Of a stretch of DNA of 24,453 bases, positions 6,546 to 12,331 are shown piece after piece. A program made the position numbers and the translations under genes. Each line of letters opens with the position of its first letter. The stretch's first letter is position 1. The DNA is taken from assembly GCA_041742355.1 (NCBI GenBank), contig JBGSIV010000003.1, positions 1 to 24,453 on the forward strand. Reading direction: 5' to 3'. The notes below the pieces were generated by a model. That model searched no databases, was not told where the DNA came from, and was given only the letters and a program-made list of their open reading frames with translations. Source of the DNA: Candidatus Zixiibacteriota bacterium. GTDB taxonomy: Bacteria; Zixibacteria; MSB-5A5; GN15; FEB-12.

Positions 6546-8402
6546 ATGCGTATCGAGTCTCCCAAACAACTGGCCGCCCTGCGGAAAGATCTGCTCGCCA
6601 AAGACAAGCAGACCACCAAGAAGCTCATGGTCTGCTGCGGCCCCGGGTGTCTGGCGAACGGCGCCGGCAAACTCGTGACCGAGTTCCGCAACACCCTCAA
6701 GAAGAAACACATCAAGGGTATCAGTGTCGAAATCCTCAAGGAAACCGGCTGCCACGGTTTCTGCGAACAGGGCCCCCTCGTCGTCATCGAACCGGAAGGC
6801 ATTTTCTACACGCACGTGAAACCGGCCGATGTCGAGACCATCATCGAGGAATCCCTGCGCCACGACTACGTGATTGACGGTCTCCTCTACACCGATCACC
6901 GCACCGGCGAACGCAAACGGACCTACCACGACATCGACTTTTACTCGAAGCAGACGCGCATCGCCCTGCGGAACCTCGGCAAGATCGACCAGTACTCGAT
7001 CGACGATTACATCATGCACGGCGGCTACCAGTCGATGGCCAAGGTGCTCACCTCGATGACGCCCGATAGCGTCATATCCGAGGTCAAAACCTCCGGCCTC
7101 CGCGGACGCGGCGGCGCCGGTTTCCCCGCGGGCAAGAAGTGGGAATCGTGCGCCAAGGCCGATGACTGGCCGCACTATGTCGTCTGCAACGGCGACGAGG
7201 GCGATCCCGGCGCGTTCATGGATCGCTCCATCATGGAGGGCGACCCGCACTCGGTCATCGAAGGCATGATCATCTGCGCTTTCGCGGTCGGCGCCAGAAA
7301 CGGCTACATCTACGTGCGCGAGGAATATCCGCTCGCGGTCCAGAACCTCCAGCTCGCGATCAAGCAGGCCACCGACTACGGTCTCATCGGCGAGAAGATC
7401 CTCGGCACCGAATTCTCCTTCGAAATCAAGGTCAACCGAGGCGCCGGAGCGTTCGTCTGCGGCGAATCCTCGGCTTTAATGAAATCGATCGCCGGCGAGG
7501 TCGGCGAACCGCGCGCCAAGTATGTCCGCTCGGTGCTCAAGGGCCTCCACGACCACCCGACTGTGCTGAACAACGTCGAGTCGTATGCCAACATCCCGGT
7601 CATTATCGACAAGGGTGGCGAGTGGTTCGCCAAAATCGGCACTCCGAAGAGCACCGGCACCAAGGCCTTCTCGCTCGTCGGCAAAGTCCGCAACACCGGC
7701 CTGATCGAAGTCCCGATGGGCACGACACTGCGCGAGATCATCTACGATATCGGCGGCGGGATCCAGGACGATCGCCCCTTCAAAGCGGTCCAGACCGGCG
7801 GCCCCTCCGGCGGTTGCCTCCCTGATGACAAGCTCGACCTGCCGGTCGACTTCGACACGCTTACCGACGCGTACTCGATGATGGGCTCCGGCGGCATGAT
7901 CATCATGGACGACCGCACGTGTGTCGTCGATGTCGCCAAGTACTTCCTCAAGTTCCTCGTCGACGAATCCTGCGGCAAGTGCACGCCCTGCCGCGAGGGC
8001 CTCTACCAGTTGCACGCCCTGGCCCAGAAGATCTCCGACGGCCTCGGCACCGAGGATGACATCGTGAAGATGGAGAAGCTCTCCGACGTCATCATCATGG
8101 GTTCGCTCTGCGGCCTCGGCAAGTCCGGCCCCAACCCGTTCGTGAGCACCATCCGCTATTTCCGCGATGAGTACCTCGCGCACATCAAGGACCACAAGTG
8201 CCCCGCCGGCGTCTGCACCGCGCTCATCCGCTACGACATCATCCCCGAGAAGTGCGACGGCTGCATGGCCTGTATCTTCGCCTGCGCGGTCAACGCGATC
8301 ACCGGGCGCAAGGGGAAGGTCCACACCATCAATCAGGATATCTGTACCAAATGCGGCGCCTGTATGGCCGTCTGCCGTCGGCACGCCGTGGAGGTCTCAT
8401 AA
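6546..8402 (+). CDS. NuoF/HydB-like FMN/NAD(P)H-binding Fe-S subunit with electron-bifurcating-type architecture (BfuB-type)
   Basis: 618 aa. N-terminal thioredoxin-like 2Fe-2S domain (CCGPGC, GCHGFC), GLRGRGGAGFP, NGDEGDPGAFMDR, GGPSGG, ESCGKCTPCREG..LCGLG, HIKDHKCPAGVC, and C-terminal 2x[4Fe-4S] (CDGCMACIFAC, CTKCGACMAVC). Confidence 0.93.
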   Translation: MRIESPKQLAALRKDLLAKDKQTTKKLMVCCGPGCLANGAGKLVTEFRNTLKKKHIKGISVEILKETGCHGFCEQGPLVVIEPEGIFYTHVKPADVETIIEESLRHDYVIDGLLYTDHRTGERKRTYHDIDFYSKQTRIALRNLGKIDQYSIDDYIMHGGYQSMAKVLTSMTPDSVISEVKTSGLRGRGGAGFPAGKKWESCAKADDWPHYVVCNGDEGDPGAFMDRSIMEGDPHSVIEGMIICAFAVGARNGYIYVREEYPLAVQNLQLAIKQATDYGLIGEKILGTEFSFEIKVNRGAGAFVCGESSALMKSIAGEVGEPRAKYVRSVLKGLHDHPTVLNNVESYANIPVIIDKGGEWFAKIGTPKSTGTKAFSLVGKVRNTGLIEVPMGTTLREIIYDIGGGIQDDRPFKAVQTGGPSGGCLPDDKLDLPVDFDTLTDAYSMMGSGGMIIMDDRTCVVDVAKYFLKFLVDESCGKCTPCREGLYQLHALAQKISDGLGTEDDIVKMEKLSDVIIMGSLCGLGKSGPNPFVSTIRYFRDEYLAHIKDHKCPAGVCTALIRYDIIPEKCDGCMACIFACAVNAITGRKGKVHTINQDICTKCGACMAVCRRHAVEVS

Positions 8403-8404
8403 CC

Positions 8405-9190
8405 ATGGCCACAGTCAACATAACGATTAACGGGCGAGTCGTCCGGGCCGAGAAAGGGGAAATGCTCCTCGATGTCATCCGCCGCGAGGGCATCGAGATC
8501 CCCGCTACCTGCGCTCACAAGGCGGTCGAGGCCTTCGGCGCCTGCCGACTCTGCACGGTCGAGATTACCAAGGACGATTGGAAGGGGTGGAAGAACTACG
8601 TCACGAGCTGCCTCTACCCGGTCGAGGCGGGCCTGATTGTCTTCACCCACTCCCAGCCGGTGATCGATCTGCGCAAGACGCTGCTCGATCTCCAGCTTGC
8701 ACGTCATCCCAATACGCCGCTCATTCAGGAAATGGCCGCCCAGTACGGCGTCAATAAGACGTCATACGAAGAGCTTCCCGATGCCGACGACTGCATCCTG
8801 TGCGCGCTGTGCACCCGGGTGTGCGACACGATGGGCTTCGCCGCGATCTCGACTGTCGGCCGCGGCCATGGCAAGAAAGTCGCGCCGCCCCTGGATCAGC
8901 CGCCGCCGGCGTGTGTCGGCTGCCTCGCCTGTGCTCAGGTCTGCCCGACCAACTTCATCAAGTTCACGCAGGCCGGCGCTCATCGGGAGATCTGGGGCAA
9001 GGCGTTCGATATGATCACCTGCACCCGCTGCGGCAAAGCGGTCATCACGAAAGAATTCGCCGAGAACCTGTCCGCGAACCGCAATATCCCGCGCGAATAC
9101 TTCGACGTCTGCGATGATTGCCACCGCAAGGAGCTGGCCGGGACCATGGGCCGTATCGCCAACTGGAACCGCGAGGAGGTAACCCGATGA
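8405..9190 (+). CDS. Short NuoG/HydA N-terminal-like Fe-S subunit with no H-cluster or molybdopterin domain (BfuA-type)
   Basis: ATG at 8405, 261 aa. 2Fe-2S motif (IPATC..GACRLC..TSC), 2x[4Fe-4S] (CILCALCTRVC, CVGCLACAQVCP) and extra C-terminal CTRC...CDDC. No HxxxCxxC cluster. Confidence 0.88.
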   Translation: MATVNITINGRVVRAEKGEMLLDVIRREGIEIPATCAHKAVEAFGACRLCTVEITKDDWKGWKNYVTSCLYPVEAGLIVFTHSQPVIDLRKTLLDLQLARHPNTPLIQEMAAQYGVNKTSYEELPDADDCILCALCTRVCDTMGFAAISTVGRGHGKKVAPPLDQPPPACVGCLACAQVCPTNFIKFTQAGAHREIWGKAFDMITCTRCGKAVITKEFAENLSANRNIPREYFDVCDDCHRKELAGTMGRIANWNREEVTR

Positions 9191-9627
9191 ACTCCCGACT
9201 CGTTGTCAAACCGAACCTCTGCATCGGCTGCCGCACCTGCGAACTGGCCTGCTCGTTCACCCACACAGTCGACGGCAAACCCGGCCGCTCGCGGATCTTC
9301 ATGCTCGACGGCGGCTATGACAAGCTCTGGGTGACCGTCACCTGCCTCCAGTGCGATGACCCCGCGTGCGTGAAATCCTGCCTTGTCGACGCCCTGCGCC
9401 GCAACGAGGTCACCGGCGCGATCGAGCTCAACCAGGAGAAGTGCGTCAAGTGCATGGCCTGTGTCGCCGCCTGTCCGTTCGGCTGTGCGATCCTCGACTC
9501 CGGCCATAATCAGGTGGTCAAGTGCGATCTGTGCGGCGGCGATCCCGCCTGCGCCCGTTTCTGCCCGACCAAAGCGCTGGAGTACCAGCCTATCGCGCAG
9601 ACTCAGAAGGCGAAGAAGGTCGGCTGA
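9187..9627 (+). CDS. 4x[4Fe-4S] electron-transfer subunit (DmsB/CooF/HycB type; resembles AOR-associated small subunits)
   Basis: ATG 9187 overlaps the upstream stop (ATGA). Four Cys clusters: CIGCRTCELAC, CLQCDDPACVKSC, CVKCMACVAAC and CDLCGGDPACARFC. Confidence 0.9.
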   Translation: MNSRLVVKPNLCIGCRTCELACSFTHTVDGKPGRSRIFMLDGGYDKLWVTVTCLQCDDPACVKSCLVDALRRNEVTGAIELNQEKCVKCMACVAACPFGCAILDSGHNQVVKCDLCGGDPACARFCPTKALEYQPIAQTQKAKKVG

Positions 9628-9640
9628 CGGCACAGAGATG

Positions 9641-9727
9641 ATCGGGTCGCCCACAGTCGGGTCGCCCACAGCCGGGTCGCCCACAGTCGCGTCGCCCACT
9701 GTCGGGTCGCCCACAGCTTGCTGTGGG
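9641..9727 (+). repeat. Five tandem 15-bp units (GTCGGGTCGCCCACA consensus) ending in a hairpin
   Basis: Units at 9641, 9656, 9671, 9686 and 9701. The last runs into CCCACAGC-TT-GCTGTGGG (9710-9727). An inverted copy lies at 10011-10034. Confidence 0.9.
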
Positions 9728-9744
9728 ATCCTCGAATGCGAATA

Positions 9745-9772
9745 GTAGGGCGGGAGTCCCCAGACTCCCGCC
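9745..9772 (+). repeat. GTAG-type REP palindrome
   Basis: GTAG tag followed by a perfect 10-bp stem GGCGGGAGTC-CCCA-GACTCCCGCC. Confidence 0.8.
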
Positions 9773-10010
9773 TCATTTATGTCCGACCTTCGCCTGACCT
9801 TACACTCTGTCTCTTTCATTACGGGGGGTCTGGACAATCTCCATCAATTCGCAGTCGAATTTGGACAATAATCACGTACGTATGGCGGTCCGGGGAGGAC
9901 CGCTGAAAGACGATGAGTGGGATGGGGTTAGCGATGGGTACCGGGCGTGACAAGAGATCGTTTGGAGCCGAATGTACGGTCATGGGATTGGCGCCAAAGG
10001 TCGGAAAGCG

Positions 10011-10034
10011 CACAGCGAGCTGTGGGCGACCCGG
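10011..10034 (-). repeat. Inverted copy of the GGGTCGCCCACAGC-nn-GCTGTG palindromic unit
   Basis: Reverse complement reads CCGGGTCGCCCACAGCTCGCTGTG, matching 9702-9725 with two differences. Confidence 0.8.
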
Positions 10035-10089
10035 ACCCGACACTGGTCTTCACTGACGCCGCGAAAATCAAGGACCGACCAATTCCATT

Positions 10090-10117
10090 ACATATCACAT
10101 ATCACATATCACATTTC
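10090..10117 (+). repeat. Heptamer tandem repeat (ACATATC)x3 plus ACATTTC
   Basis: Read directly; ends 3 nt before the -35 box at 10121. Confidence 0.85.
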
Positions 10118-10120
10118 ACC

Positions 10121-10149
10121 TTGCCACCCCCCCCCCCCTCTTCTAGTAT
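10121..10149 (+). promoter_or_regulatory. sigma70-type promoter with a C12 homopolymer in the spacer
   Basis: TTGCCA (10121-10126), 17-nt spacer containing C12 (10127-10138), TAGTAT (10144-10149), 33 nt before ATG 10183. Confidence 0.65.
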
Positions 10150-10182
10150 CTTTCGACAGGCTCCATCAGCGGGGAATACGAT

Positions 10183-11286
10183 ATGCGAACGACCGTGTCC
10201 ATCTTGATCCTTATTCTCTCTTCGACCCTGGCCACCGCCGGTACACTCCACGTACCCGACCCCTATCCTACGCTCGCCGATGCCATCGCCGCCGCGAACT
10301 CCTGCGACACCATCCTCCTCGCCCCCGGCACCTACTCCGGTCCCGGCTTCCAGAACCTCGTTCTCGACAACCGCTGCCTCACAATCAGCTCTGCTTCCGG
10401 TCACGATTCGTCCACTCTGGACCTCGGCGGTGCTCCCTTCATTCTCGTCACTAACAGCACGACCCCAAGCGAAGAGACAATCACTCTCCGCGATCTCACC
10501 CTCTCCAACTCCAGCGTGGAATACGGCGCCGGTGCGAGCATCGACATCATCAACTGCCGCTTCATCGGATCCGCGGTGTACGACGCCCTCCCCTCTGGAA
10601 ATGGCCTCATCGACTCGTGCATCTTTCAGCAAAGCACCATCGCGCTTGAGGACTCTGTCCATCAGACTATTTCGAGTTCGCTATTTCTATCCGCCGGCTG
10701 GGCGGGCATCCATTGTCAGGATGCCTCGGGAGCGACCATCGTCGGCAACATCTTTGCCTATAATCATGACGGCATATACGCCTACATCACTCGGGGCTTT
10801 GTCGTTGAGCGAAACGTGTTCATCGGAAATCAGTCCGGAATTTCGGACGAACTCTGGACTGTCGATGTCGATTTGAACGACAACCTCTTTTGGGATAATG
10901 GGCAGAACTTCTCCTATTTCAGGCTTCCCCCCGACGCCACCGGCAACATCTATGATCAGGATCCCCGCTTCTGCAACCTCCCCGAGACTGCCCGCTCCGT
11001 GATGGCCGACTCCCCGCTCCTTCCCGAAATCAACGGCCGCGCCCTCATCGGCAATGTGACTCTCGCCTGCCGTTGCGGCGACATCGACAGCTCAGGCCAT
11101 CTCGACCCCAACATCGCCGACCTCACCTACCTTATTGGTTTCCTCTTCCGCGGTGGCCCGGCCCCGGCATCCCTCGCCTCCTCTGACCTGAACGGCTCGG
11201 GAGGCGGCGCCTCGTCAATCGACATTGCTGATGTCACCTACCTGGTCGCCTTCCTCTTCCGCGCCGGCCTTTCCCCCGTCTGCTGA
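10183..11286 (+). CDS. Secreted right-handed beta-helix (pectin lyase/NosD-like) protein with C-terminal dockerin-like domain
   Basis: Sec signal peptide, then TLHVPDPYPTLADAIAAA..DTILLAPGTYSG typical of beta-helix surface proteins, PbH1-like repeats (I..N.F..N..GI) and DPRF. Duplicated Ca-loop motif GDID...NIADLTYL..FLFRGG / DLNG...DIADVTYL..FLFRAG at about 11068-11283. Confidence 0.85.
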   Translation: MRTTVSILILILSSTLATAGTLHVPDPYPTLADAIAAANSCDTILLAPGTYSGPGFQNLVLDNRCLTISSASGHDSSTLDLGGAPFILVTNSTTPSEETITLRDLTLSNSSVEYGAGASIDIINCRFIGSAVYDALPSGNGLIDSCIFQQSTIALEDSVHQTISSSLFLSAGWAGIHCQDASGATIVGNIFAYNHDGIYAYITRGFVVERNVFIGNQSGISDELWTVDVDLNDNLFWDNGQNFSYFRLPPDATGNIYDQDPRFCNLPETARSVMADSPLLPEINGRALIGNVTLACRCGDIDSSGHLDPNIADLTYLIGFLFRGGPAPASLASSDLNGSGGGASSIDIADVTYLVAFLFRAGLSPVC

Positions 11287-11320
11287 TCCCCCGCACCCGC
11301 TGCCCCCCCAGAAATCCCCC

Positions 11321-11397
11321 TTGACACCCCCCCGAAATTTCGACTCATTAACCAGTTAGACAGATTTCCGCCGCCCGGAAACCCCGCCCGGCGGAAA
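11321..11397 (+). promoter_or_regulatory. Probable promoter (-35 TTGACA) and 5' leader stem-loop of the STAS gene
   Basis: TTGACA at 11321-11326 with a weak -10. 9-bp stem TTTCCGCCG (11365-11373) / CGGCGGAAA (11389-11397). Confidence 0.4.
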
Positions 11398-11450
11398 CCA
11401 CACACCGACTTTTGCGTACAGACACATAACCGGACCGGAGGCTAACCAGT

Positions 11451-11789
11451 ATGAAAATGACCGACCGCGAGCAGGACGGCGTGGTCATCCTTGAGCCTAA
11501 AGGAAAAATCATGGGCGGTCCCGACGCCAGCCTGCTCCACGACAAGCTCCACGACGTTATCGAACACGGTAAGCGCAAGGTCGTTATCGACCTCGCCCAG
11601 GTCGACTGGATGAATTCCACCGGACTGGGCATTCTCATCTCCAGCTACACCACCCTGCGCAACCACGGCGGGGAACTGAAGCTGGCGAATGTGACCGACA
11701 AGATTCAGTCGCTCTTGACCATAACCAAACTGGTGACCGTTTTCGACGCCCACGACAGCGTCGACGAGGCCATTAAGGCATTCAAGTAG
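11451..11789 (+). CDS. rsbV: STAS-domain anti-sigma factor antagonist (RsbV/SpoIIAA family)
   Basis: 112 aa. VVIDLAQVDWMNSTGLGIL contains the phosphoacceptor Ser; GGELKL and LLTITKL motifs. GGAGG RBS. Confidence 0.92.
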   Translation: MKMTDREQDGVVILEPKGKIMGGPDASLLHDKLHDVIEHGKRKVVIDLAQVDWMNSTGLGILISSYTTLRNHGGELKLANVTDKIQSLLTITKLVTVFDAHDSVDEAIKAFK

Positions 11790-11827
11790 CCGGGAGTACC
11801 GCCGTCCAGCGCGTATGCGAATTCACG

Positions 11828-11864
11828 GCAGGCAGGCCTGATCCCGGTCCTGCCTGCTTTTTTT
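11828..11864 (+). terminator. Intrinsic terminator between rsbV and rsbW
   Basis: 9-bp stem GCAGGCAGG (11828-11836) / CCTGCCTGC (11849-11857) followed by T7 (11858-11864). Confidence 0.8.
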
Positions 11865-11879
11865 GGAGACACTACCGCC

Positions 11880-12302
11880 ATGAAACGACCTGTCATCGTG
11901 GGGAACCGGATCACCGTCCCCTCCAGCCACGACTTCCTGCCGACCGTCGATGAATTCGTCGAAGGTATCCTCCGCGGATGGGGTACCGACGAGTCTGTCA
12001 TCGCCGACATCGCCATTTCCGTCTCGGAACTGGTGAACAACGCCATCGTGCACGGCAGCAAGATGAACGCCGAAAAGGAAATTTCGGTCGAAATCGCCCA
12101 GACCAACGGCAAAGCCCGCATTACCGTGTGCGACCCCGGCACCGGTTTCGACCCCGCGCGGATCGCCAACCCGCTCGACGACGAAAACCTCCTGAAGGAA
12201 GTCGGACGCGGCATCTTCATCGTCCGCTCCCTCATGGATTCCGTCGACATCGAGGTCAGCGTCGGCGGCACCGCCATCACGATCACCAAGACCATCAACT
12301 GA
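11880..12302 (+). CDS. rsbW: Anti-sigma factor / Ser kinase (RsbW/SpoIIAB family, HATPase_c_2)
   Basis: ISVSELVNNAIVHG (N box), DPGTGFD (G1) and GRGIFIVRSLMD (G2). Confidence 0.92.
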   Translation: MKRPVIVGNRITVPSSHDFLPTVDEFVEGILRGWGTDESVIADIAISVSELVNNAIVHGSKMNAEKEISVEIAQTNGKARITVCDPGTGFDPARIANPLDDENLLKEVGRGIFIVRSLMDSVDIEVSVGGTAITITKTIN

Positions 12303-12331
12303 TCGCCACCTGAGCACTCCCGGTGAGGGGC

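Noticed and set aside
6068..9190. Respiratory complex I nuoEFG or a true [FeFe]-hydrogenase
   Set aside because: No other nuo genes are present, the B subunit has extra ferredoxin domains, and the A subunit is 261 aa with no H-cluster motifs or molybdopterin domain.
9641..9715. CRISPR or coding repeat (VGSPT / VGDPT peptides in ORFs 9383-9745 and 8980-9837)
   Set aside because: These are head-to-tail 15-mers with no spacers. The ORFs overlap real Fe-S genes in other frames or strands and simply read through the DNA repeat.
9780..10010. Transposase remnant between the inverted repeats
   Set aside because: No HUH/Y1 or DDE motif is visible in the short ORFs here.
11327..11333. Second phase-variable tract (C7 after TTGACA)
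   Set aside because: Too short for high-frequency slippage, the flank is generally C-rich, and the -10 box is unclear.
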